Positions 34,010 to 43,822 of a stretch of 45,487 bases of DNA are shown here, in pieces. The DNA lies in assembly GCA_050050615.1 (NCBI GenBank), contig JASFTV010000002.1, positions 1 through 45,487 of the forward strand, in the 5' to 3' direction. Position 1 is the stretch's first letter; each line of letters begins with the position of its first letter. The translations under genes and the position numbers were made by a program. This stretch comes from Desulfobacteraceae bacterium. Lineage in GTDB: Bacteria > Desulfobacterota > DSM-4660 > Desulfatiglandales > HGW-15. The notes beneath the pieces are model-generated. The model had not been told where the DNA came from, searched no databases, and saw nothing but the letters and a program-made list of their open reading frames with translations.

Positions 34010-35170
34010 ATGAAAAGGTCACTGATAATATTTTTCTGGATAGGTGCCATGGTTCTGTTTTTCTCAGGGACCGGGCTTGCTGCAGATGTAACTGAAGGCA
34101 TCCATGTAGGAAATGCCGGCGCATTCACAGGAGATGCAGCCGCACCGTGTATGGAAATTTTTAATTCTGCTCAGCTGGCGGTGGATGAGTGGAACAAGAA
34201 AGGCGGCATCCAGGGTGTCAAAATCAAACACATCATGGGCGATGATGCTATGGACCCGGCTCAGGGCGTCAACGTGGCCCAGAAATTCGTCGCTGACGAA
34301 TTGATGTACGGCGTCATCGGCCCGCCGATGAGCCACATTGCTCAAGCCACCATGAAAATTTATGGCAACGCCAACCTCGCCTGCATTACAAGCGCGGCCT
34401 CAAAACCGGATCTGACCGAGCAGGGGTACGAACACTTTTTCAGGGTGAATGCGAGAAACGATGCCCACGGATGGAACTGCGCCCTTTTTATCCAGAAGCA
34501 CCTCAACGCCGGGAATGTGGCTATCCTCAACGAGAAGGTCGCATATTGTGAGAACCTCGCCAGTGAAACCATTAAGGGCCTGAAGAAATTAGACATATCG
34601 GATATTATGCAGGACACCATTGTCGGTGGATCAAAGGACTTTTCAGCTGTGATGACGAAAGTGAAGGCCTACAAACCCGATGTTCTTTTCTTTGTGGCCA
34701 CCGCTGCTCCGGATCAGGCGATCGGCGTCCGACAAATGAAGGAGTTTGGTATTGACGCCATCTTTTTTGGAACGGAGGGGGCAAGAGACAAGAAGGATTT
34801 TATTGAGGCGTCTGAGGGTGCCGCTCAGGGTGCCTACGTATATCATTTCTCCCCTGACATCTTTGCCATACCGGAAGCGGCCAGTTACATCAAGAATTTT
34901 GAACGCAAGTATGGAACCATCAGTGGGTTCGGTCCACCCGCTTACGAGGCGATGAATATCTTACTAACCGCCATCGACAAAGCAGCGAAGGACGGACAGA
35001 TCACCCGCAAGGAAGTCGTAAAATACGTATCTCAGACCAAGAACTATAGGGGCATCCTCGGGTTCCCCGTGACCTTTGATGAGAAAGGTGACCTGAAAGG
35101 AGGCGCCACTTACTTCTTTCAAGTGGCCGGAAAGGACTTCAAGCAGATAACGGTTATGACAGGAAAATAG
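34010..35170 (+). CDS. ABC transporter substrate-binding protein (Leu/Ile/Val-binding, type I PBP)
   Basis: 386 aa with a signal peptide and LivJ-like architecture. Followed by livHMGF homologs. Confidence 0.8.
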   Translation: MKRSLIIFFWIGAMVLFFSGTGLAADVTEGIHVGNAGAFTGDAAAPCMEIFNSAQLAVDEWNKKGGIQGVKIKHIMGDDAMDPAQGVNVAQKFVADELMYGVIGPPMSHIAQATMKIYGNANLACITSAASKPDLTEQGYEHFFRVNARNDAHGWNCALFIQKHLNAGNVAILNEKVAYCENLASETIKGLKKLDISDIMQDTIVGGSKDFSAVMTKVKAYKPDVLFFVATAAPDQAIGVRQMKEFGIDAIFFGTEGARDKKDFIEASEGAAQGAYVYHFSPDIFAIPEAASYIKNFERKYGTISGFGPPAYEAMNILLTAIDKAAKDGQITRKEVVKYVSQTKNYRGILGFPVTFDEKGDLKGGATYFFQVAGKDFKQITVMTGK

Positions 35171-35183
35171 CCGTGTACGAATG

Positions 35184-35223
35184 AAGGCCCTAATCAACAA
35201 CTCGGTTAGGGCCTTCCGTTTTT
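35184..35223 (+). terminator. rho-independent terminator after the binding-protein gene
   Basis: AAGGCCCTAA-N12-TTAGGGCCTT (perfect 10 bp stem) followed by CCGTTTTT. Confidence 0.7.
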
Positions 35224-35242
35224 GAGTCGCGGCTGGTTTCTT

Positions 35243-35350
35243 ATGGGAACCTGAATTTTGGGCAGTGCGGGGCATCTTGTAAATACAGGCATTTAGCTCG
35301 TTCAGAAGCGTGTTTTCGATTTATTTTGTACAACAGTGTATTGTGGTATT
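35243..35350 (+). promoter_or_regulatory. ~107 bp promoter/leader repeat, copy 2 (upstream of livH)
   Basis: ATGGGAACCTGAATTTTGGG...CTTGTAAATACAGGCATTTAGCTCGTTCAGAAGCGTGTTTTCGATTTATTTTGTAC aligns with copy 1. Confidence 0.5.
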
Positions 35351-35391
35351 CTTCCTAAACAATTCCGGTTACGTCAATCCGTACACACCTC

Positions 35392-36324
35392 ATGGGAATA
35401 TACCTCGAGCAATTACCTCAACAACTGGTCAATGGTCTCACCTTGGGAGGCGTTTATGCGCTGATTGCCATCGGTTACACCATGGTTTACGGCATCCTGT
35501 TCATGCTGAATTTCGCCCATGGTGAGATCTACATGATAGGTGGGTTTGCCGGGTGGTGGGTCCTTAACCTCTTGAGCAGCAATAACCAGCCCATCATGAA
35601 CGCCACCCTCGTCATAGCTTTGATGATCATCGTGGCCATGGCGGCTTCCGGCTTGCTGGGCATGGCAGTAGAAAGATTCGCCTACCGCCCTTTACGACAA
35701 GCCCCTCGAATGAATCTGCTTCTCAGTGCTCTCGGAGTCTCCATTTTCTTGCAAAACCTGGTCTTAAACTTTCAAGGCGCAAAACCTCGCTTTTTTCTTG
35801 TTTCCTCACTGATCCCTCCTGGCTTCCGCGTTTTTGAAATAGGCAATGTGGTCTTCTCCTTCATGCGGATTCTGGTCATCGTAGTCTCTTTCATGCTCAT
35901 GGCCCTTTTAACCTATGTGGTAAAGAACACGAAGGTGGGAAAGGCGATGCGGGCCACTGCCCAGGATATCGAGGCAGCATCGTTCATGGGGATCGACACG
36001 GACCGCATCATTGTTTACGTCTTTCTTATCGGGTCCGCCCTTGGAGGAGCAGCCGGAACTCTCGTGGGCCTACTCTTCACGCAGGTCGATTACTATGTGG
36101 GATTTCAAGCCGGATTGAAGGGATTTACAGCCGCTGTGCTGGGAGGCATCGGAAACATTTTCGGTGCCATGCTCGGCGGTATCATCCTCGGTTTGCTCGA
36201 ATCTCTGGCGACCACTTTCTTTCCCTCTGCATACAAGGATGTTGTCGCTTTCACCGTCCTTATCGTCGTCCTCATATTCCGGCCTTGGGGATTGATGGGC
36301 GAAAAAATGCCTGAGAAGGTATGA
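35392..36324 (+). CDS. livH: branched-chain amino acid ABC transporter permease
   Basis: 310 aa, LivH-like: LVNGLTLGGVYALIAIGYTMVYG. Confidence 0.85.
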   Translation: MGIYLEQLPQQLVNGLTLGGVYALIAIGYTMVYGILFMLNFAHGEIYMIGGFAGWWVLNLLSSNNQPIMNATLVIALMIIVAMAASGLLGMAVERFAYRPLRQAPRMNLLLSALGVSIFLQNLVLNFQGAKPRFFLVSSLIPPGFRVFEIGNVVFSFMRILVIVVSFMLMALLTYVVKNTKVGKAMRATAQDIEAASFMGIDTDRIIVYVFLIGSALGGAAGTLVGLLFTQVDYYVGFQAGLKGFTAAVLGGIGNIFGAMLGGIILGLLESLATTFFPSAYKDVVAFTVLIVVLIFRPWGLMGEKMPEKV

Positions 36325-38198
36325 TGGACAACGTTTTCGCGGTTAGCTTAATCAGTAAGAGAAATAGGTCCATGCTCTATGCGGCCATGGGTGTCCTTCT
36401 GGTCTTCATCCCCCACATGATGCCAAATAATTACTGGCTGAGGATTTACACCATGACGGGTATTTACGTCATGCTCGCCCTCGGCCTGAATGTGGTGGCC
36501 GGATTTGCCGGTCTCTTGGATCTAGCATACGTCGCCTTTTTCGGCATCGGAGGATACACATTCGCCCTCCTGTCTTCGAGGCAATTTGATATACACCTCC
36601 CATTTCTGCTTGTCTTGCCCCTTGCCGCATTGATCACCATGGGCTTTGGATTCGCTTTGGGCTCAACCAGTATGCGCTTAAGAGGTGATTACCTGGCGAT
36701 CGTCACCTTGGCGTTCGCTCAGATTTTCAAGCTTTTGTTGCTCAATCTTGACCGTCCCATCAACATTACCGGCGGTGTCAACGGTATCTATAATTTTGAT
36801 CCCATTGAGATCTTCGGTCTTAGAATTATCTCGCCCACAGCCTACGCCTATCTCATCTGGTTTTCGGCAATCCTCGTCCTTATCGGATGCTCACGCCTCA
36901 AGACTTCACGCTACGGCAGGGGTTGGGAGGCCATCAGGGAAGACGAACTCGCAGCAGAGACTTTGGGCGTCAACACGACTTGGATGAAGCTCAAGGCCTT
37001 TGCCGGTGGGGCATTTATTGCCGGTGGAACGGGTGCCCTCTTCGCATCGTTTCAGGACTCTGTCTTTCCCAACAACTTTGATTTTCCGCAGCTCGTAATC
37101 GTTTACTGCATGGTCATTCTTGGCGGTCTGGGCAACATTTTGGGCGTCATCCTTGGCGCGATCCTGCTTTCCATACTCCCTGAGTTTCTCCGGGAGTACG
37201 GGGCATACCGCATGATGTCCTACGGCCTTATTCTTATTGTTCTGATGGCCCTGAGGCCCCAGGGCCTTCTCGGCTCCATAGGGTTTTTGATCAAGGAGGA
37301 GAAAAGACCGGGTAAGGACGAGACCGGGCTCCTCAAAACATCGACCGAGCTTTACTACGACGAGGAACAGAGGGCAGCCGCTGAAAAGCCAAAGTATACT
37401 AAAACAGATCGGGTTGTGCTTGAGCTCAAGGATGTAAACATGAGTTTTGGCGGGCTTGTGGCCGTCAACAACCTAAGTTTTCGGCTGTTTGACAGAGAAA
37501 TCCTGAGCATCATCGGGCCGAACGGGGCGGGAAAAACAACCGTTTTCAACCTGATTTCTGGAATATATCCGCCTAGCGTAGGCTCAATCACATACAATGG
37601 CTCTGAGCTCACAGGCCTGAAACCTCATCAGGTAGCAAAAGCGGGAATAGCGAGAACGTTTCAAACCCTCAGGCTGTTTAGTAAAATGACCGTTCTGGAT
37701 AACGCAAAAGTATCGCAATTTTGCCGGACAAAATCCGGCCCGATATCAATTCTTTCTCATTTTCCCCGTTTTCGAAGGGAAGAGTCTGAAACGGATAAAC
37801 GCGTTAAAGAGGTCCTGGGCCTTTTCGGCACCAGGCTTACAGGTTACCGCTACGATCAGCAGGCCATATTTCTTTCCTATGCCAACAGAAGGCGTCTTGA
37901 AATCGCTCGAGCGATCGCCACCGATGCCAAAGTCCTGATGCTGGATGAGCCGTCAGCCGGGATGAACCCCCAAGAAACCCTGGAGATTACCGATTTCATT
38001 AAAAAACTCAGGGACCTCTTCGGCTATACGGTCGTTGTCATCGAGCATAAGTTAAACGTTGTGAAAACGATTTCCGACAGGGTCATCGCTCTTGATTACG
38101 GAAGAAAGATCGCCGAGGGCAGCTATGACGAAGTAGCCGGTAACGAACAGGTTATCCAGGCCTATCTGGGAAGAAAGAGGGTGGGCGGAGCGGAATGA
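36321..38198 (+). CDS. fused branched-chain amino acid ABC permease (LivM-like) and ATP-binding protein (LivG-like)
   Basis: 625 aa. The N-terminal ~330 aa is polytopic and LivM-like. A linker follows, then Walker A GPNGAGKTT, signature region and Walker B LMLDEPSAG. Confidence 0.8.
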   Translation: MMDNVFAVSLISKRNRSMLYAAMGVLLVFIPHMMPNNYWLRIYTMTGIYVMLALGLNVVAGFAGLLDLAYVAFFGIGGYTFALLSSRQFDIHLPFLLVLPLAALITMGFGFALGSTSMRLRGDYLAIVTLAFAQIFKLLLLNLDRPINITGGVNGIYNFDPIEIFGLRIISPTAYAYLIWFSAILVLIGCSRLKTSRYGRGWEAIREDELAAETLGVNTTWMKLKAFAGGAFIAGGTGALFASFQDSVFPNNFDFPQLVIVYCMVILGGLGNILGVILGAILLSILPEFLREYGAYRMMSYGLILIVLMALRPQGLLGSIGFLIKEEKRPGKDETGLLKTSTELYYDEEQRAAAEKPKYTKTDRVVLELKDVNMSFGGLVAVNNLSFRLFDREILSIIGPNGAGKTTVFNLISGIYPPSVGSITYNGSELTGLKPHQVAKAGIARTFQTLRLFSKMTVLDNAKVSQFCRTKSGPISILSHFPRFRREESETDKRVKEVLGLFGTRLTGYRYDQQAIFLSYANRRRLEIARAIATDAKVLMLDEPSAGMNPQETLEITDFIKKLRDLFGYTVVVIEHKLNVVKTISDRVIALDYGRKIAEGSYDEVAGNEQVIQAYLGRKRVGGAE

Positions 38199-38927
38199 GT
38201 GATGAATAAAGCCCCCGTCCTAGAACTTGTCGGTGTTGATACCTATTACGGGAATATACAGGTATTGTATGACATCAATGTTGAGATCTTTGACGGCGAA
38301 CTGGTCTGTCTGTTGGGGGGGAATGCATCAGGAAAATCCACCACCCTGAAGACGATTCTGGGGGTTTGCAGGATCAAAAAAGGCGCGGTGAAACTCAGCG
38401 GCGAGAGAATTGACGGGAAACCCACAAGATACATCATATCAAAGGGTGTCTCTATTGTTCCTGAAAACAGGCGTATTTTCCCCAGGCTGACCGTCCTAGA
38501 GAACTTGGAGATGGGTGCATTCCTCAGGACGGATAAGGAAGAGATAGGAAAGGATATGGAGAAAATGTTGATCCTCTTCCCGGCTCTTAGGGAGAGAGTC
38601 CACAATCCAGGGATTACATTAAGTGGGGGTGAACAGCAGATGCTTGCAATGGCACGGGCACTTCTCTCAAACCCCAGTCTCCTTCTCATGGATGAGCCTT
38701 CAATGGGCCTTGCCCCGCTTCTCGTGGATCAACAATTCGAACTTATCCAGCAGGTCAATCAGAGAGGAACCACAGTTTTTGTAGTGGAACAGAACGCCAA
38801 CATGGCCCTCTCAGTTGCGGATCGAGGTTATGTCCTCCAGACAGGATACATCGTGCTGGCTGACAGTGCGACAAATCTTCTCAACAATGAAATGATGCAG
38901 AAGGCCTATCTCGGAGGGGAAGATTAG
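38199..38927 (+). CDS. livF: branched-chain amino acid ABC transporter ATP-binding protein
   Basis: 242 aa with GGNASGKST, LSGGEQQMLA and LLLMDEPS. Confidence 0.85.
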   Translation: MMNKAPVLELVGVDTYYGNIQVLYDINVEIFDGELVCLLGGNASGKSTTLKTILGVCRIKKGAVKLSGERIDGKPTRYIISKGVSIVPENRRIFPRLTVLENLEMGAFLRTDKEEIGKDMEKMLILFPALRERVHNPGITLSGGEQQMLAMARALLSNPSLLLMDEPSMGLAPLLVDQQFELIQQVNQRGTTVFVVEQNANMALSVADRGYVLQTGYIVLADSATNLLNNEMMQKAYLGGED

Positions 38928-39268
38928 GCTGCGGGTGAAGAAGAACTTGTAAGATTGGTGAAAACGCTTTCTTTCTAGGAGGCCCTAGGGGCCGGAAGCA
39001 AGGGGATACCTATTCGGCTCTTGGGCGGTGACCGGACATTCGGGGTCCAGCCTGTTCATGGGAGATCCCCAGGTGTTTCTGGGCGTAAACCCTTCGTTTT
39101 TAAAAAGAAATCCCCCCGGACTACAAAGACAGTATCGACAAATACTTGCAAAATCCTAACCGGAGGTTGCTGAAAAGAAATCAAAGTCTCAGCTTTCCCT
39201 CGCACTTTTTTCTTGACTAACAGAATATAATGTATTTTGTATATATTATTACTTCGAGGAACCATCCT

Positions 39269-39952
39269 ATGCAGAAAATCGAAATCAAACCCTTACCCCA
39301 GCAAGTCGCCGATCAGATCCGGGAAATGATACGAAAAGGCCGCTTAATAAGAGGCCAAAAGATTGACGAAAAGTTTCTTTGCGACTCCATGGGAGTGAGC
39401 AGAACGCCGGTAAGGGAATCGCTCCGAATACTGCATTCGGAGGGGCTTATCGATCTCATTCCCCATAAGGGCGCCTATATCAGCCAACCCCCTATTGAAG
39501 ACATCAAGGACATGTTTCAGGTCATGAGCGTCCTGGAGGGCATGTGCGCTCGGCTCGCCTCACAAAATATGAAGGAAAAGGAGTTCAAAAAGATCGAAGC
39601 GCTTCATGAAAAGTTGGAGTGCCATTACCGCAACCGGAATCACGAAGAGTACCTGGATATCAATAGTGTCCTTCACATGTTTATCCAGGAATTGTCCGGC
39701 AATAAGACGCTCAACGAAGTTATCACGGGTCTCAGGTACAAGATCCTGCTCTATCGTCACAGGCAACTCTATCATAAAGATCGCTTCGACCAATCTATGC
39801 AGGAACATAGAGGTATTTTGGAGGCATTTCGCAAAAGGGATGCAGACCTGGCGGAAGCCTCTATGAAACGGCATTTGCTTAAGCAATGCGAGGCCTTAAT
39901 GGACCTGTATACCAGCAAAGAGGGTCGAGATGGTGAACCGTTGGCGGCGTAA
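39269..39952 (+). CDS. GntR family transcriptional regulator (FadR/FCD subfamily)
   Basis: A wHTH (EKFLCDSMGVSRTPVRESLRILHSEGLI) plus an all-helical FCD-like C-terminus. Start set at MQKIEIK, preceded by GAGGA. Confidence 0.8.
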   Translation: MQKIEIKPLPQQVADQIREMIRKGRLIRGQKIDEKFLCDSMGVSRTPVRESLRILHSEGLIDLIPHKGAYISQPPIEDIKDMFQVMSVLEGMCARLASQNMKEKEFKKIEALHEKLECHYRNRNHEEYLDINSVLHMFIQELSGNKTLNEVITGLRYKILLYRHRQLYHKDRFDQSMQEHRGILEAFRKRDADLAEASMKRHLLKQCEALMDLYTSKEGRDGEPLAA

Positions 39953-39998
39953 CAAAACCGTCCAGATCTGATAACCTTCACAGGAAAAGGAGGAAGTA

Positions 39999-41021
39999 AT
40001 GAAGGGGTATACAAGAAAACTGGCTGTTATAGCAATTGTTTTGTCTCTAGCATTCGCTGTGCTCGCTTTGGGCGATCGGGCGGATGCCGGACCGATGGTC
40101 CTTAAAGTTTCTCATCAATTTGCGGCCGGTGATGTCCGGGACAGGATGGGGCGCGTTTTTGGAGACATGGTCACGGAAAGGACAAATGGACAAATCAAAT
40201 TCCGCCACTATCCTGCCAAATCGCTTTTCAAGCCAAAAGCGCAATGGGATGCAATGCGTAAGGGCGCACTGGATATGTCTTGTTTTCCTCTGGACTATGC
40301 CTCCGGAAAGGTCCCCCAGCTTTCCATTACCTTAATGCCATGTTCCGTGACCAACATCAAACAGGGACTGAGTTGGAGGAACAAACGGATAGGCAAGAAA
40401 ATCGACGCGATCATGGAGCAGAACGGCGTTAAGAACCTTGTATGGGCCTGGTTCGATGGAGGCATCGCCAGCAAGATAAGACAGATAAAAGTTCCAGCCG
40501 ACGTTGATGGAACAAAATTAAGGGCGGCTGGCAAGAAGTTTGAATTTATGATGCGGCAGGCCGGGGCCTCGATTACCAGCATGCCTTCCTCAGAAACCTA
40601 CCATGCCCTCTCAACCGGCGTTCTGGATACCATGATGACCTCTTCCGCTTCTTTTGTTTCCTACCGTCTCTATGAGGTACTCAATTACATCAACGCCCCG
40701 AGAGATTATTCCATCTGGTACATGGCTGAGAATCTATGTATCTCCATGAAAACCTGGAATAGACTCACGCCTGATCAGCAGAAAATCTTCTTGGACGTGG
40801 CGGAATGGATGCACGAAAACTGGATTTATGACAACTTCAAGACACTGGTGGAGAAGCTCATAGATGCTTACACCGAAGCCGACGTTGATATTCATTACAT
40901 GAACAAGGCAGAATTTAATGGATGGCTGGCCTTCGCCAAGAAGACGGCCTGGAAAAACTTCGCTGAGACTGTCGATGGTGGCCAAGAGCTCCTGGATATG
41001 GCTTTGGAAGCCATGGAATAA
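39999..41021 (+). CDS. dctP: TRAP transporter substrate-binding protein
   Basis: 340 aa with a signal peptide and DctP-family pattern. Followed by Q and M subunits. Confidence 0.8.
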   Translation: MKGYTRKLAVIAIVLSLAFAVLALGDRADAGPMVLKVSHQFAAGDVRDRMGRVFGDMVTERTNGQIKFRHYPAKSLFKPKAQWDAMRKGALDMSCFPLDYASGKVPQLSITLMPCSVTNIKQGLSWRNKRIGKKIDAIMEQNGVKNLVWAWFDGGIASKIRQIKVPADVDGTKLRAAGKKFEFMMRQAGASITSMPSSETYHALSTGVLDTMMTSSASFVSYRLYEVLNYINAPRDYSIWYMAENLCISMKTWNRLTPDQQKIFLDVAEWMHENWIYDNFKTLVEKLIDAYTEADVDIHYMNKAEFNGWLAFAKKTAWKNFAETVDGGQELLDMALEAME

Positions 41022-41091
41022 GGGGCTTCGATGACAGGCCGACCACGCTTAAGGTAGAAGACCCCACTGACAGCCTCAAGGCTGCCTTTCG

Positions 41092-41138
41092 CCAAGACAA
41101 GACGGCTCATCCCATGGCCTTCAAGTAAGGGTCATGGG
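41092..41138. other. long hairpin in the dctP-dctQ spacer
   Basis: GACGGCTCATCCCATG-N16-CATGGGAGAGCCGTC (about 15 bp stem). Confidence 0.5.
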
Positions 41139-41637
41139 AGAGCCGTCCTGATCTTTGCTCGGGCAATGTTGCTTGTTGTGGTGCAGTTGTACATGGGCTC
41201 TATTTAAGTAAAGCATGCAGGTTCACAGGAGCTCGTTTTGCCTTTGCCCTCTGGAAGAAGGCTTCAAAAGTCTCTTCGTAATTCAACGGTTCTCGGGAGT
41301 TATGGCGTACTGGAGTCATGGAAAATCTTATTTACTGTGACCTGAGACCAAAATAGGACGCTGGAAAGACTGCAAAGGCCAGATATCTTTCTCTCACACG
41401 GTGACCAACACTCCAATACCCCGATGCTGTTTTTCAGGCAAAGGCAATGATCTTCGACCACGCCTGTCGAAGATCCTGCCATGCGGGGAAGGATGGGGCT
41501 TAATCAGCAAGAGACTTAGTACTTACGAGCCTGTCTGACAGCGCGCTTAAGCAGTGCCTTTGTCCGAAGGGTTCTCGCAGGCGATTTGCTCTTCTAAATC
41601 CTCCCCTAGAAACTTTTGAAAGTATGAGGCATCTATC

Positions 41638-42216
41638 ATGAAACGGTTTGGTACTGTTTTGGCTTGGCTCATTAACGGATTGACCTACGTGACCGGGTGG
41701 ATCGCGGCGCTGTCCCTGATCGCTGCTGCCCTGATCGTCACGGAAGGTGTCATCGTCCGAAAGATATTCGGCGTTTCCACGATCTGGCAGATAGAAGCGT
41801 CTGTGTTTTTGCTCATTTTCGTTGTTTTTACTGGAGCTGCGTTTGTCCAGAAGAATGAGCATCATCTGAACGTGGATCTCGTTCTTATCCACCTCTCTCC
41901 GAGAACCAGAGAAACGATCCTTGTTGTCGTCTCCGTGATATCATGCATTCTAGCTGCCGTACTTGCTTGGTATGCATGGCCCATGTGGTGGGAATCTGTC
42001 GTAAAGAATGAACACTCTTATTCGTTGTGGGGGCCCCCGTTGTGGATTCCCTATCTCTTTCTCCCGCTTGGTATGACGGCCCTTTTCTTCCAATATATTG
42101 TACAGATACGGGAAAAAATCATCTCCCTGAGAAGAGGGGAATTCAGCAAAGAGAAGGAGCGCTTTGAATTAAAGGACATTGACCTATCCGAGACGGATTC
42201 AGGCCCAAAGGAATAA
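41638..42216 (+). CDS. dctQ: TRAP transporter small permease
   Basis: 192 aa with 4 TM helices, positioned before dctM. Confidence 0.75.
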   Translation: MKRFGTVLAWLINGLTYVTGWIAALSLIAAALIVTEGVIVRKIFGVSTIWQIEASVFLLIFVVFTGAAFVQKNEHHLNVDLVLIHLSPRTRETILVVVSVISCILAAVLAWYAWPMWWESVVKNEHSYSLWGPPLWIPYLFLPLGMTALFFQYIVQIREKIISLRRGEFSKEKERFELKDIDLSETDSGPKE

Positions 42217-42244
42217 TGCCTCAGGCTGGAAAGGGTGGCCCACT

Positions 42245-43582
42245 ATGAATGAATATGTACTGGCCGTACTTTTGTTTGGAAGTGCTTTCGGTTTGCTCAT
42301 CTCCGGTATTCCCATATGGGCAGGACTCGTCGGGATATCCCTTGCATTCATCGTCATCTTGTCACCCCATCTGTTGGAGACGGTCCCATTCGTGCTTCAT
42401 GGCAGCATGGATAATTTTGCGCTACTCGCCATTCCCCTGTTCATTCTTCTAAGCGCCCCCATAGCTGAATCAGATGCAAGCAAAGATTTATACGAAACAC
42501 TGCACAAATGGCTCTACAAGATTCCCGGAGGACTCGGCATTGCCAACATGGTCGGGTGCGGTATCTTTGCTGCCCTGTGCGGGTCGAGCCCGGCCACTGC
42601 GGCAGCCATCGGTGGCATCGGGATTCCGGAGATGAGAAGGCGCGGCTACTCTCCCGCTCTGAGCACAGGGCTCATTGCCCATGCAGGCACTTTTGGTATC
42701 CTCATCCCGCCCAGTGTCACCATGATTCTCTACGGGGTTGCGACCGAGACGTCCATTGGCAAATGTTTTATTGCCGGTGTTATTCCAGGTATTCTTGAAG
42801 TTCTCTTAAGCTGTATCTGGGTCGGGGGTATCTTTTACTACCGTAAACTCGTGCCTGCCAAGCGGGGGGCCATGTATTACATTGAAGACCGGGGAGTCGT
42901 GGAAAGTTACACCTGGAAAGAAAGATTTACTTCTCTTATCAAGGTCCTGCCCTTTGTTTTGATCATCATGGGCATCATGGGATCCTTGTATGGTGGCTGG
43001 GCTACCCCGAGTGAAGCGGGTGGATTGGGGGCTGTTCTTTCCCTTTTCTTTGTAATGACCATTTACAAAATCTACAGACCCAGCCAGCTGTGGCGGATAT
43101 TTATCAAAGCGCTTAACGAAAGCAGCATGATATTGATGATCATGGCCGCTGCTCTACTATTCGCCTACGTCTCTTCTGATATCTATGCGACCCAAGCCCT
43201 TGGGGAGCTGATTTTGAAGATCCCTATCGGAAAGTGGGGGATCATCGTCCTTATCAACTTCCTGCTCTTGATATTGGGGTGCTTTATCCCGCCAGCGGCC
43301 GTGATCCTCATGGTAGCGCCTCTTCTGCTGCCCATTATCCAAGGATTGGGATTTGATCCTATATGGTTTGCGGTTATCATGACGGTTAATCTCGAGATCG
43401 GCCTGGTGACGCCTCCTGTAGGACTCAATCTTTATATTGTAAAGAATATCGCGCCTGATATTCCCATGTCGCATGTCTTACTGGGGGTGATCCCATTTGT
43501 GATCATTGAAGGCATTGTCATTTTCCTTGTCTGTGTCTGGCCTGAGTTGGCCTTATGGCTTCCAAACAGGATGATAGGCTAA
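42245..43582 (+). CDS. dctM: TRAP transporter large permease
   Basis: Polytopic DctM-like protein. Start set at MNEYVLAVLLFG, because the upstream 22 codons overlap dctQ. Confidence 0.8.
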   Translation: MNEYVLAVLLFGSAFGLLISGIPIWAGLVGISLAFIVILSPHLLETVPFVLHGSMDNFALLAIPLFILLSAPIAESDASKDLYETLHKWLYKIPGGLGIANMVGCGIFAALCGSSPATAAAIGGIGIPEMRRRGYSPALSTGLIAHAGTFGILIPPSVTMILYGVATETSIGKCFIAGVIPGILEVLLSCIWVGGIFYYRKLVPAKRGAMYYIEDRGVVESYTWKERFTSLIKVLPFVLIIMGIMGSLYGGWATPSEAGGLGAVLSLFFVMTIYKIYRPSQLWRIFIKALNESSMILMIMAAALLFAYVSSDIYATQALGELILKIPIGKWGIIVLINFLLLILGCFIPPAAVILMVAPLLLPIIQGLGFDPIWFAVIMTVNLEIGLVTPPVGLNLYIVKNIAPDIPMSHVLLGVIPFVIIEGIVIFLVCVWPELALWLPNRMIG

Positions 43583-43702
43583 GACCACAATGCAGAATCG
43601 GTAGGAAATGGGCCGGGAACAGCCTATCGCACGTAACCCCATTCGCTGGCAGATGGGCATCTCAAAGGAACGAAGGGACTGAGAAATTTTTGAATTCATT
43701 CA

Positions 43703-43757
43703 GGGAAATTTTCTCCCGGAGTTTATCCTGAGGCACTCGAAGCGGTCGAAATGACAT
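43703..43757 (-). repeat. MITE-like repeat, short half copy
   Basis: The reverse complement ATGTCATTTCGACCGCTTCGAGTGCCTCAGGATAAACTCCGGGAGAAAATTTCCC matches the left arm of the 2745 element. Confidence 0.6.
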
Positions 43758-43822
43758 CATTCATCAGGCACGTAGTTACGCCACTGGATTTTCGTTGAGC
43801 GGGAACCATAGATACACTCTAA

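Noticed and set aside
41300-41892. 60-aa and 130-aa minus-strand ORFs in the dctP-dctQ gap
   Set aside because: They have no RBS or family resemblance, and the larger one runs antisense into dctQ.
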